A stretch of DNA of 64,000 nt from NCBI GenBank assembly GCA_965203175.1, contig OZ241867.1, positions 1,696,001 to 1,760,000 of the forward strand. Reading direction: 5' to 3'. Source of the DNA: Candidatus Latescibacterota bacterium. GTDB lineage: Bacteria > Latescibacterota > UBA2968 > UBA8231. Made by a program: the position numbers and the translations under genes. The notes under the pieces were generated by a model that saw only the letters and a list, made by a program, of their open reading frames with translations, was not told the origin of the DNA and did not search any database. Positions 45,640 to 55,388 of the stretch are shown piece after piece. Numbering within the stretch: the first letter of the stretch is position 1; each line of letters begins with the position of its first letter.

Positions 45640-47076
45640 ATGAGCACCGAAAACGTTGAAACACTACAGTTGCCTTCGTACTTAGGCGGAGAAGCAATCG
45701 ATTCGGCGGATACTTTGGCCGTCCACTATCCCTACGATGGTTCGATTGCTGGTGCGGTTAGCAAGGTCAACGGCGGTCACCTCGACCTAGTGATCGAGCG
45801 CACACTGTCTTTTGACGGACAGCCGTCGCGCTTTGATCGGTCTCAAGTGCTGACCAGAGCTCGCGAACTTCTGCTTGAGCGGGCGGACGAGTTTGCCAAC
45901 CTGATCCGCATGGAGTCCGGACTGTGCATGCGGGAGACCCAGTACGAGGTGGGGCGCGCCTGTGACGTTTTTCAATTCGCCGCGGCAGAGGCATTAAAAG
46001 ACGACGGCGAAATATTCTCCTGCGATGTGTCGCCTAAAGGTGAACAGCGGAAGATTTTTACGGTTCGCGAACCGGTGCGGTTGGCCCTTGCCATTACACC
46101 CTTCAATCACCCACTGAATCAAGTTGCGCATAAGGTTGCACCTGCAATCGCGGCGGGTGTGCCCATGCTCGTCAAGCCATCGGAAAAAACTCCGCTGACC
46201 GCCATTCGGCTTTGCGAGTTACTCTATGATGCCGGCCTGTTCAAGCAGATGCTCAGCGTCTTCGTCGGGGACATCGACACGGTTGTCGAGCCACTAATCG
46301 CGGACGAGCGGGTTGAATTGGTCACGTTCACTGGCGGAACAGCCACTGGGAAACGCATTGCTCAGCTAGCGGGCTACAAGAAATTGTGCTTGGAGCTGGG
46401 TGGTAATAGTCCGTTGATCATTCTGGACGATGCGGACCTCGATCTGGCGGCGACGCTGGCGGCAGAAGGATGTTTTCGCAATTCGGGCCAACGTTGCACG
46501 GCTGTGAAGCGATTACTCGTCCATCGGAAGATTAAGAATGGATTTATGGATAAGTTCCTCGCGCGAGCGGCCACGTATCGGGCCGGTAATCCAGCGGATC
46601 CAGATACCATCGTGGGTACGGTGATTGATGACGCGGCGGCAAAACTGCTTGAGCAACGCGTCCACAAAGCCGTGGATCAGGGTGCGAAAGTGCTACTGGG
46701 AGGAGGACGCAGTGGCGCGCTAATAGAACCAACGATAATCGACGATGTCCCGCGCGACGCGGAAATGATTCGGGAGGAATCGTTCGGTCCGCTGGCCCCC
46801 ATCATCGAGGTCTCCGACATCGACGACGCCATTGCGGTCGCCAACGATTCCAAGTTCGGCCTCTCCTCGGGCGTAGTAACCAATCACCTGCCCAGCGCCC
46901 TGGAATGCGTTCGTCGCATTCGAACGGGGACGGTCAACATCAATCAAGTTCCTGGGTATCGCATTGAATGCTCTCCGTTTGGCGGAGTAAAAGATTCTGG
47001 CTTAGGGGTTAAGGAAGGCGTGATTGAAGCCATGAAGTTCATGACCAACGTAAAGACGTTCTCACTGCCGTGGTAA
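45640..47076 (+). CDS. phnY: aldehyde dehydrogenase, phosphonoacetaldehyde dehydrogenase (PhnY)-like
   Basis: ITPFNHP, LELGGN, NSGQRC, EESFGP. Segments FSCDVSPKGEQRKIFTVREP and PFGGVKDSGLG.KEGV.EAMK.MTNVKTFSLPW resemble PhnY as recalled. Confidence 0.72.
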   Translation: MSTENVETLQLPSYLGGEAIDSADTLAVHYPYDGSIAGAVSKVNGGHLDLVIERTLSFDGQPSRFDRSQVLTRARELLLERADEFANLIRMESGLCMRETQYEVGRACDVFQFAAAEALKDDGEIFSCDVSPKGEQRKIFTVREPVRLALAITPFNHPLNQVAHKVAPAIAAGVPMLVKPSEKTPLTAIRLCELLYDAGLFKQMLSVFVGDIDTVVEPLIADERVELVTFTGGTATGKRIAQLAGYKKLCLELGGNSPLIILDDADLDLAATLAAEGCFRNSGQRCTAVKRLLVHRKIKNGFMDKFLARAATYRAGNPADPDTIVGTVIDDAAAKLLEQRVHKAVDQGAKVLLGGGRSGALIEPTIIDDVPRDAEMIREESFGPLAPIIEVSDIDDAIAVANDSKFGLSSGVVTNHLPSALECVRRIRTGTVNINQVPGYRIECSPFGGVKDSGLGVKEGVIEAMKFMTNVKTFSLPW

Positions 47077-47087
47077 AGGATAATTCA

Positions 47088-47996
47088 ATGAAAAGACTTT
47101 TTATTGTCACCATTATAGCGCTGTCAGGTTTATTCTCTTGTTCAGAAAATGGTGACATACCACTCGATACACCCAATGCAAATACAACAGGTTTATTCAC
47201 ACGGACGCTTTCCCATGATGGTATAACAAGAGAGTACGTTCTATATGTACCTGATTCTTATGATGGAACTTCAGCAGTTCCACTCATGCTCAACTTTCAC
47301 GGATACGGTGGGATTGCAGACCAATACTTAAAATACGCCGATATGCGACCTTTAGCAGATACGGAAAATTTTATTCTAGTCTATCCCCAAGGGACCCTGC
47401 TGGACGGAAATCCACACTGGAATGCTGGTTTAGAATCAGATGAAAATAAAAGTGATGCAGACGACTTCGGCTTTGTAGAAGCATTAATTAGCGAAATCTC
47501 TTCCAATTATAACATTGATTTGGCAAGAGTATATTCCTGCGGTTACTCAAACGGCGCTTTCTTTACGTATGCACTTGCTTGCTACCATAGCGATAAAATA
47601 GCGGCCATAGGGTCTGTTGCTGGAACAATGATGGAGGAAACACATAACAACTGTAGTCCATCACACCCTACGGCTATGATTAACATTCATGGTACAGCAG
47701 ACAAGTCTGTCCCTTATGGCGGGGAGTTTGAAGGATTATCATCAATTGATGAGGTCCTTGCTTATTGGACGAGTTTTAATAATACCAGTACTGATCCGAT
47801 AGTAAACAGTATGGATGATAGTGGAACGACAATAGAGCATTATTCCTATACGGATGGAGACAACAATACTTCTGTAGAACATTATAAAATTATCGACGGA
47901 GGGCATGTCTGGTTCGACATGAACTACGACGGCTCCAATACCAGTCGTTTAATCTGGAATTTTGTATCGAGATATGATATCAATGGACTGAGATAA
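47088..47996 (+). CDS. PHB-depolymerase/LpqC-family esterase lipoprotein
   Basis: Lipobox LFSC, NFHG.G, GYSNG nucleophile, HGTAD, GGH.W; AT-rich. Confidence 0.87.
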   Translation: MKRLFIVTIIALSGLFSCSENGDIPLDTPNANTTGLFTRTLSHDGITREYVLYVPDSYDGTSAVPLMLNFHGYGGIADQYLKYADMRPLADTENFILVYPQGTLLDGNPHWNAGLESDENKSDADDFGFVEALISEISSNYNIDLARVYSCGYSNGAFFTYALACYHSDKIAAIGSVAGTMMEETHNNCSPSHPTAMINIHGTADKSVPYGGEFEGLSSIDEVLAYWTSFNNTSTDPIVNSMDDSGTTIEHYSYTDGDNNTSVEHYKIIDGGHVWFDMNYDGSNTSRLIWNFVSRYDINGLR

Positions 47997-48039
47997 TCTG
48001 TGGTGGCCAGAATGCCCTAATAGAAGACAGGAGATTGCT

Positions 48040-49623
48040 ATGAGTAACGGATGGAATGACCTGCGCGGTTATTATCCTGGAGATTGGGTCAGGCCCAGGC
48101 AGAACGCGGGGCATTGGCGTCCATTGGTCGATTGGACGGAGGTTTTTCCGGGCCATCGCTCCGTCGACCGAGCGGGTGCATTCGAACTCTACGATGCTCC
48201 CATCGGCGTCCGCTTGGCGATCGAGGAGGCAGACAAATCGGCTCCGCTCGAGTTCGATGGCCAAGTGAATGATGACGGCGATGGTGTAGGCAATTCCGTG
48301 CGGGTGTGGCAGGCGGATGACCGATACCACCTGCTCTACTACCAGGGGAGACGCGTCGCTTATGCGGTAAGTGAAGACGCGTACCGCTGGACCCGTCCCG
48401 CCTTGGGCATCATCGAGAAGAACGGCTCGAAGGAGAACAACCTAGTCACCGATGTGGGGGGCGACCTGCTCAAAGCGGTATTCGAGGATCCAACCGCGCC
48501 ACCGGAAGAGCGGTTTAAGGGCATGGGTTGTGAGGGAGCTATGATCAATTCGGAGACCGGAGGGGTCGCCAACGAGGGCGAAGAGGTCGACGAGGAATAC
48601 ATACAAAAGTGGTGGGCCGATCAGGAATACTTGGGTCCAGCCTACAAAGGGCCTAAGCTGATTCTCAAGGGCCGGGTAATGGGATGGGTCTCCCCCGACC
48701 GCATTCACTGGAAGCGGACCGACAAGATTCTCGCCGATTTTCCCATGGATGGGGGCCTCTCCGCCAGATACGATGAGAAATCCGGTTACTACTACGCCTA
48801 CTGTCGCATCCAAGGCGTCCCCCAGGAACAGTTCGACCTGATCGGCAGCGGTGTTCCAGAGGATGGCATTTTCCACCGGGCGATCGGGCTGACCCGGACC
48901 AAGGACTTCAACCACTGGCCCGCTCCCAAGCTCCTCCTCTTTCCAGATGGTCAGGACGAGCCCGACCTCTCGTTCTACGGCGGCGATTACTTTCCCTATC
49001 CGAGTAGAGACGATCTGCACTGCATGTTGGTACAGGCCTACCATCACGCCACCGACCACGTGGACAGCCAGCTCGCCATCAGTCGCGACGGTTTGATTTG
49101 GCAGCGGCCGGAGCGCAAGCCGATTATTTCGGTAGGCGCTCCGGGTGCGCCCGACTCGGCCATGGTCTATTCCTGGGGCAGCGGCATCGCGGAATTGCCG
49201 GACGGCAATTGGGGGTCTCTCTACGGAGGGCACACATCGCTACACAACGCACCGCAGAGAGAAGAGGCGGTGTTGCAGTGGGCTCGGTGGCGGCCCCACA
49301 GATTCTGCGGCATTGAAGCGGATGTGGAGGGCCGGTTTACCTTGCCGACCGTAGTGAGAACCGCCAGTCAGCTGAAGCTCAACTACCGCTGTCGCCCGGG
49401 TGGCTGGATCAAGGTCGAGATTCTGCGCAACATTCCCTCGCGGATTCACCCCGACGTCGATCCGGTCGCCAGCCTGACCTTTGAAGAAAGCGATCTGCTG
49501 CAAGGAGATTCGCTCGACCAGACGGTCACCTGGAACGGCAACAGCGACTTGTCCGAGGTGGGTGAGATGTTGGCGATTCGGATTCGGATGTTTCAGGCAA
49601 AAATCTTCGCGTACCGCGTTTAA
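48040..49623 (+). CDS. hypothetical protein, probable glycoside hydrolase-like beta-propeller with a C-terminal beta-sandwich
   Basis: Asp-box-like S.DG..W repeats (SEDAYRW, SPDRIHW, TKDFNHW, SRDGLIW). Confidence 0.65.
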   Translation: MSNGWNDLRGYYPGDWVRPRQNAGHWRPLVDWTEVFPGHRSVDRAGAFELYDAPIGVRLAIEEADKSAPLEFDGQVNDDGDGVGNSVRVWQADDRYHLLYYQGRRVAYAVSEDAYRWTRPALGIIEKNGSKENNLVTDVGGDLLKAVFEDPTAPPEERFKGMGCEGAMINSETGGVANEGEEVDEEYIQKWWADQEYLGPAYKGPKLILKGRVMGWVSPDRIHWKRTDKILADFPMDGGLSARYDEKSGYYYAYCRIQGVPQEQFDLIGSGVPEDGIFHRAIGLTRTKDFNHWPAPKLLLFPDGQDEPDLSFYGGDYFPYPSRDDLHCMLVQAYHHATDHVDSQLAISRDGLIWQRPERKPIISVGAPGAPDSAMVYSWGSGIAELPDGNWGSLYGGHTSLHNAPQREEAVLQWARWRPHRFCGIEADVEGRFTLPTVVRTASQLKLNYRCRPGGWIKVEILRNIPSRIHPDVDPVASLTFEESDLLQGDSLDQTVTWNGNSDLSEVGEMLAIRIRMFQAKIFAYRV

Positions 49624-49635
49624 GAGGTTGATCGC

Positions 49636-51573
49636 GTGACAGGTAATCAGACGGGCGCGGTCCCTAAGTTGGTCGAAGTCAGGGCGACGCAGGTATCGCC
49701 GCCCCCCGGATGGGCGCTTCTGGAACGCCGGTTGATGAAGCTGATGGAGGACGCGGTCGAGCCCATGGTCGACAAGTACGCGGAAAAGGGCGGCGCATTC
49801 TACTACGCCGACGATGTTGACGACCTATACGAAAGGGTGTATAACTGGGGCCTGTTCTACGCCATGGGGGCCGATCGCAAGGTGCTCGACCTCGGGTTGC
49901 AGCAATGGCACGCAACCACTCGGTTCTTCGCCGACGATATTACCAGCCGCGTCCACCCCCGCTTCCAGCCCCAGATCCACAACGAGTACTACAACCAAGC
50001 CGCCGCCGGTGCCAACGAGTGGTACCACCAGGGCGAGGGCAACATGGCCTTCTACCATTTCGGCCTAGCCGATCCCACCATTTCGGAAAACGTGCGCCGC
50101 GCTAGGCGGTTTGCGGCCATGTTCATGGACGAGGATCCCGAAGCCCCCAACTACGATCCCCAGCACAGGATCTTCCGCAGCCCCATTCAGACCAGCGTCG
50201 GCCCCATGCACCACGCAACGGTGGACAACGTAATCATGTGGCTGCAGGGAGGAGAAACGGGTTACGAGAAGGGATACCGCCCCTACAGGGTGCGGGCCAC
50301 CCTCGATCCGGTAGTGACAGACCTCGAGGGGAACTGGTTCGAGGATCCCGCGCGCCGGGACGAGATTCTCAAGCTGTTCGACCACATCGTCCTTAACGGC
50401 GACGTCCCCCACAGTCTCGGCGCCACCGCCCTGATCACCAACGCCTTCCTCTACACCGGCGAGGACAAGTACAAGCAGTGGGTGCTCGACTACACCGAGG
50501 GCTGGATGGAGCGCATCGAGCGCAACGGCGGCATCCTGCCCGACAACGTCGGGCCGACCGGCGAGATCGGCGAAAACCGCAACGGCCTCTGGTGGGGCGG
50601 GCTCTACGGCTGGAACACCTTCGTCGGCCACTACATCATGTTCAGCGCCCTCACCATCGCCGCCGAATGCGCCCTCCTGCTCACCGGCGACTTCGGCTAT
50701 CTCGAACTGCTGCGCTCGCAGATCCGGCTGCTCATGGACAACGCCATCACCCGCGAGGACGGCCAGCTTCTGTTGCCGGCCCGCTACGGTGCGGACGGCT
50801 GGGAGTACGCGAGGGACGACTACGACTACGAAAAAGGCCGGTTCGTGCCCTACCGCATGCAGGAGTTGGCCCACCTCTATCACGCCTCAATGTCCCAAGA
50901 GGACTACGACCTCATCGTCCGCATTCGGGACACCGACAAAATGCGCGACTGGAACCACGCGCCCGTCCTCGGAGAGAAGAGCTACGCCGACACCGAGCTG
51001 GCCCGCTTCCAGTACTACGACGGCAAGAACCCGGACTGGCCCGAAAAAATCCTGCAGGCCGAGTATGAGAATGCCCAGGCTGATTTCCAGTCGATACTAA
51101 ACGAAACCCGGGACGCCAAGACCCTGATCGCCGACAACCCCTCTCCCCCCACTACGGTCTACACCAAGGGATTGACGCAGGTGACGATGGGGGCGCCGCA
51201 ATCGGTGTACACTGGAGGGCTATTGCGCGCCACCGTCCGCTACTTCGATGCAGACCGCACGCGACCGGGCCTACCACCCGATGTCGCCGCTCTCGTCGAC
51301 AAACTAGGAACTGACAGCGCAGGTCTTCAGCTCGTCAACCTAAACGCCAGCGAGACGCGCAACCTGATCGTGCAGGCCGGGGCTTTCGCCGAGCACGAAT
51401 TTGTCGAACTGGCGCATGAAGAGCAGACCATCCAAGTGGAGTCGAAGTACTTCGCAGTGCAACTCCCCCCCGGCACCTCCATCCGGCTGGACGTGGGCAT
51501 GCGCCGCTTTGCTCACCAGCCGACCTATGCCTTCCCTTGGCACGGGGATGCTATCCCGGTGCCGTACCAGTAG
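49636..51573 (+). CDS. conserved hypothetical protein (probable alpha/alpha toroid)
   Basis: Long ORF with strong GC3 bias, RBS GAGG, 12 bp after the previous gene; no function recognised. Confidence 0.75.
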   Translation: MTGNQTGAVPKLVEVRATQVSPPPGWALLERRLMKLMEDAVEPMVDKYAEKGGAFYYADDVDDLYERVYNWGLFYAMGADRKVLDLGLQQWHATTRFFADDITSRVHPRFQPQIHNEYYNQAAAGANEWYHQGEGNMAFYHFGLADPTISENVRRARRFAAMFMDEDPEAPNYDPQHRIFRSPIQTSVGPMHHATVDNVIMWLQGGETGYEKGYRPYRVRATLDPVVTDLEGNWFEDPARRDEILKLFDHIVLNGDVPHSLGATALITNAFLYTGEDKYKQWVLDYTEGWMERIERNGGILPDNVGPTGEIGENRNGLWWGGLYGWNTFVGHYIMFSALTIAAECALLLTGDFGYLELLRSQIRLLMDNAITREDGQLLLPARYGADGWEYARDDYDYEKGRFVPYRMQELAHLYHASMSQEDYDLIVRIRDTDKMRDWNHAPVLGEKSYADTELARFQYYDGKNPDWPEKILQAEYENAQADFQSILNETRDAKTLIADNPSPPTTVYTKGLTQVTMGAPQSVYTGGLLRATVRYFDADRTRPGLPPDVAALVDKLGTDSAGLQLVNLNASETRNLIVQAGAFAEHEFVELAHEEQTIQVESKYFAVQLPPGTSIRLDVGMRRFAHQPTYAFPWHGDAIPVPYQ

Positions 51574-51600
51574 CTCTCCACATAGCGTCAACCATCAACA

Positions 51601-52371
51601 TCAGGGCATCCAGATATTCCACTTGCCATACTTTTCCCAGATGCGACAGGCGTCACAGGTACACATCAACCGGAGTGCAAAACGCGGTTTGTTACTTGTA
51701 TTGAGAGATCCAGAGTGTATCAACAGATAATGAAAAAACAGTACATCTCCTCGGGAAGGCCTCAACTCAATCGGCTCTCCCAGACCGAACCTTTGTTGCG
51801 GCTTCTTAAAATCTGACAGCATTTGATACCGGTCAGAGTTCTGCACTGCCGCCTTGCTGAGCTTCCGATGCGATCCTGGCCAGACCGCAGTACCACCACC
51901 CTGCGCAACACCAGAATCGAGATAGGTCAGGGAAGAGACGCGGAATGACCCGGGAAAGACATTGAAAGGTCGATGTCCACCATCGACGTGCCCATTGCTA
52001 TAATCCCAGTCTTTCGAAACCGGAAATACACTGCGTGCCCAGACTCCCTCTGGTTGTGGCTTCTGACAGTGAAATGCACCTGCATTTTCCCGAGCCAGTT
52101 GGCTCTGTACTTCGTAAAATGCGGGAGTACAACAAGCCAACAACGCGGGATCTTGAACCCCAAAATGTTCAATCACCCCCTGGCTGACGATTGTGTTTAC
52201 CCCATCTGTTTCGTCTGGCAAAGGAGACCACGAAGCCGGATCATCCCGATCTACCCCGAGCACAGACCACATCGCAACTTCCGCATTGGCAATTGTCTCT
52301 TCTGGAATCAATCCCGACACCAGCACATACCCATCTCGGTCATATTGCGTCAGTTGCTCCTGTGAAAGCAT
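51601..52371 (-). CDS. PhyH-family Fe(II)/2OG dioxygenase
   Basis: HVD, PGSH, GDV..FH...HSG, R. Confidence 0.88.
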   Translation of the reverse strand: MLSQEQLTQYDRDGYVLVSGLIPEETIANAEVAMWSVLGVDRDDPASWSPLPDETDGVNTIVSQGVIEHFGVQDPALLACCTPAFYEVQSQLARENAGAFHCQKPQPEGVWARSVFPVSKDWDYSNGHVDGGHRPFNVFPGSFRVSSLTYLDSGVAQGGGTAVWPGSHRKLSKAAVQNSDRYQMLSDFKKPQQRFGLGEPIELRPSRGDVLFFHYLLIHSGSLNTSNKPRFALRLMCTCDACRIWEKYGKWNIWMP

Positions 52372-52395
52372 AGACTCCTCCTAGATAGATCGAAT

Positions 52396-52438
52396 TATGT
52401 ATAGAAAAAATAAGGCATCGATATCGGTACTATGCAGT
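52396..52438 (-). mobile_element. orphan IS91/ISCR oriIS-like end, copy A
   Basis: - strand ...GTACCGATATCGATGCCTTATTTTTTCTATACAT; nearly identical to 55389-55431. Confidence 0.65.
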
Positions 52439-52461
52439 CTTCAGCCCCCAGCCCCCACTTC

Positions 52462-53199
52462 TCAATGCTTACACGCCACATGTCGATCTTCGTAGATTCC
52501 CTTTGGAAACTTTTCTGGATTGAGTTCTTCAGGCATATAATGCCATGCCGTGCTATAGCGCGTGCGATTGCTGTGGTTATCATAAGCACCGTGCAGGAGA
52601 TTGGCGGAAAACAGGACAACCGTGCCAGCGGGAATGACCACATCCACAGCCTGCGATTCATCGACCTTTGTCCAACTGCCATGCCTGCTTGGATCCCTGC
52701 GGTGCTCGACAATCTCGCCCATCCGGTGGCTGCCGGGCACCACCCGCAAACACCCATTCTCCACATCTGAATCTTCCAGATAAATTCCACAACTGATAAT
52801 GCGATCCGTATCGGTGCCAAAATAAAAGTTGTCCTGATGCCAGCCCGTTGACGTGCCGCCATTGGGCAACTTGGGAAAAAACTTAGTGCCAAACACATCG
52901 ATATTTTCACCAATCAATACGGCCACGCGGTCTAAAATCGCCGGTTCACGCGCCAGTTCCAACACGCGGGCATCGACCACGCAAACCCCCTGCACTTTGT
53001 GCAACAAACCCGCCTGGGGTTCGCCGCGCTCGTCCAACTCAAGCGTCCAGTGCGGCACCTGCTCGGTCAACTTGCATCCTTCTGCGACCAGTTCATCAAA
53101 CACCTGCTTGTAATAGGCCAATCGCTCGCCTTGTATCAGGGCTGCAAAAACGAGATAGCCCTGTTCTCGGAACTGTCGCACCTGTTCGTCTGTCAACAT
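52462..53199 (-). CDS. PhyH-family Fe(II)/2OG dioxygenase
   Basis: WHQD, NGCL.VVPGSH, LLHG...N....R. Confidence 0.92.
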   Translation of the reverse strand: MLTDEQVRQFREQGYLVFAALIQGERLAYYKQVFDELVAEGCKLTEQVPHWTLELDERGEPQAGLLHKVQGVCVVDARVLELAREPAILDRVAVLIGENIDVFGTKFFPKLPNGGTSTGWHQDNFYFGTDTDRIISCGIYLEDSDVENGCLRVVPGSHRMGEIVEHRRDPSRHGSWTKVDESQAVDVVIPAGTVVLFSANLLHGAYDNHSNRTRYSTAWHYMPEELNPEKFPKGIYEDRHVACKH

Positions 53200-53299
53200 A
53201 AAAACCTCCTCGACTTCGCGGCCTGAACCAACTCTCGCTCTAGCAATTTGTAATAGGCTGCAGAATCAGTCGTCGCCTTTTTCTTTAACAGAGCCTGCG

Positions 53300-53333
53300 A
53301 TGTATAAGAAAAATAAAGACACCGGCTCGGTGC
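53300..53333 (-). mobile_element. orphan oriIS-like end, copy D (diverged)
   Basis: - strand GGCACCGAGCCGGTGTCTTTATTTTTCTTATACAT: same terminal motif and a subterminal hairpin at the same offset. Confidence 0.5.
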
Positions 53334-53408
53334 CACCACCTCTTACCGGTGACCCGCTTGGCTACTGGCGGTTGGGGAGCGGCGCGCCTCAGGACGCCGC
53401 TCCGAATT

Positions 53409-55160
53409 CTACCTAGCCAGCGAGGGTGGTGACACGCCTTTCCCCCCTTTCAACACCAGGAAATTCCTGGCCTCATCCACAGCGGGCTTCCCGGCGGGGT
53501 CCACCTTCATGGGCCCTCCGTTCCCGCCGTTGGCATCCTTGTCCCAGATTCTGTCATCATACCCATCGGGAGCATACTGACAGATGTAGGCTTTGCGCAC
53601 GCTATCGGTGTTGTTGGCCCCTGTAAAGTGCGGCGTCAGGCTCCAGAAGATCGCCGCCGAGCCCGCCTTGACCGGCACACAGACGGCATCGTCGGATCTA
53701 AGGCCGCTGATCGTCCAGCCACCGTTGCTCTCATCGAACTCGTGAAGCAGCGGCCCTCGCCGGAAGAGCCTCGGCACGAACCACGGGCAGCCGTTTTCCT
53801 CGGTTGCATCGTTGAGCGCTACCCAGCACGACAGGTATTGCAGGGGGTCAATGAACGCAAGGCCAATGTCCTGATGGCAGGGGAAAACCCGCCCAGGGCA
53901 GGGCTTCGTGTACACCGCCTGCTCCCGGTACAACCGCACATCGTCGCAGTTGAGCAGGTCGTGGCAAACCTTCTGGAAGAACGGGCCGGCGCAGAATGAG
54001 CGGGCAAGCGCCGACCCCCGGGCCAGGCCGCTCGTAATGGTGATCCGATCAGCATTCGCAATCGTGCGCGACGGCTGCTGCCGCCCCCTGGCTTCGAGGT
54101 GCCGCACACTCTCGTGCTCGAGCCGATCGAATTCATCCCGCAGCTGCCCGATCTCCGCAGCGCTGAAGGCATCCTCGACCACAGTGAACCCCTGGAGATC
54201 CATATCGTCCGCCTGATCCCTGGTGAGGATCCGGAGAGGAGCATCCTTGCGTGTCGGCAGGAGCGACGGGTGCTTGCTCGCGCTGCTGAACTCCATGGCC
54301 GGATGCCGCGGCAGTCGCGCGTTGTGCTGAGCAGCCGGCGTCGGCTCGTCGCCCGTGGACCAGCGTGCGGTTCCGTCGAAGCCGAGGCGCTCCCACAACA
54401 CGTGCGGCCACTCCCTGAAGCCGCTTGAGATGTAGTGGCATGCGTAGACCTGGCGAAAGACGGTCGGGTCGCGCCCCATCAACCCCCGGTGCCACAAATG
54501 GCCGTCGAAGATCACGGCTGTTCCCCTTTTTGCCACGATGTGCACCTCCTCCGCCCCTGCCGCTTCGTTCTCCTCGAAAATCTCCTTCCTCAGCCTAGCA
54601 CCTAGCTCCGGGTCGCCTGAGTGCGTGCGATAGCCCGCCCACTTTCCCTGCCGGAGGTCATCGTGGTGAAGCTTGCGGCGAAGGTGGCCGCCTGTCTGCA
54701 GCGCGAGCGTGCCGATCTCCTCGTCCACGTCCACGAGCGGAATCCACACACCGATGCAGCCCGGAAGCGGGGTTCCGTCACAATGCCAGCTCTGCGACCA
54801 CTGGCTGCCCTTCCACCAGTAGTGGCTCTTGATGCCCTCGGGCTCTTCCCCGCCCAAGGCATCCTTGAGCGGTCCGCGCAGCTTCGGATGCAGCATGAAA
54901 GCGCGGCAGACGGGGTCGTGGATGTGGCACTGATCCGTGTCGATGAGATGGTCGGCGCTTTCCGCCGGCGGGACGATTCCCTCGACGGGGATTTCGCCCG
55001 CGTGCACGGCGTCCATATGCCGGATGAGCCCGTCGCACTCGTCGGCGGTGAAGAGCGAAGGCACGGCGACCCACCCGTCGCGAGCGTACTTCCGCCTCTG
55101 CTCGGTGGTGAGGCCCGCCACCTCCACGTGGCTGGGTTGGGTGTGTTCGGAGCCGGACAT
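53409..55160 (-). CDS. tandem two-domain PhyH-family dioxygenase
   Basis: Domain 1 WHCD...WHRG; domain 2 HQD...NGC...PH. Start placed at ATG 55160 because the upstream in-frame stretch overlaps a PQQ-enzyme remnant. Confidence 0.82.
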   Translation of the reverse strand: MSGSEHTQPSHVEVAGLTTEQRRKYARDGWVAVPSLFTADECDGLIRHMDAVHAGEIPVEGIVPPAESADHLIDTDQCHIHDPVCRAFMLHPKLRGPLKDALGGEEPEGIKSHYWWKGSQWSQSWHCDGTPLPGCIGVWIPLVDVDEEIGTLALQTGGHLRRKLHHDDLRQGKWAGYRTHSGDPELGARLRKEIFEENEAAGAEEVHIVAKRGTAVIFDGHLWHRGLMGRDPTVFRQVYACHYISSGFREWPHVLWERLGFDGTARWSTGDEPTPAAQHNARLPRHPAMEFSSASKHPSLLPTRKDAPLRILTRDQADDMDLQGFTVVEDAFSAAEIGQLRDEFDRLEHESVRHLEARGRQQPSRTIANADRITITSGLARGSALARSFCAGPFFQKVCHDLLNCDDVRLYREQAVYTKPCPGRVFPCHQDIGLAFIDPLQYLSCWVALNDATEENGCPWFVPRLFRRGPLLHEFDESNGGWTISGLRSDDAVCVPVKAGSAAIFWSLTPHFTGANNTDSVRKAYICQYAPDGYDDRIWDKDANGGNGGPMKVDPAGKPAVDEARNFLVLKGGKGVSPPSLAR

Positions 55161-55174
55161 TTCAGTGGGAATCG

Positions 55175-55332
55175 CTACTTCGGTCGCGCGAAGGCGACGA
55201 GCGCGGCGTCCGATCCGGTGCCCGTAGCGATGACGACGAACTGCCGCCCCGACCGCGCGCGGTAGGTCATGGTTCTTGGGCACCCGCGAGGGCGGTAGAT
55301 AAGAGGGCGGCTGTCGCAACTAATCGCTTCAT
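55175..55332 (-). pseudogene. internally deleted PQQ-dependent dehydrogenase-like gene
   Basis: Signal peptide MKRLVATAALLSTALAGAQE is joined out of frame to MTYRARSGRQFVVIATGTGSDAALVAFARPK*, matching the PMTY..GRQ[YF]VVI...LVAF.LP C-terminus of quinoprotein dehydrogenases. Confidence 0.72.
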
Positions 55333-55388
55333 GAAGAGGACAACTGAATCATAGTTTCGCGGCGTATTCTAGATATCATGGATTGACC

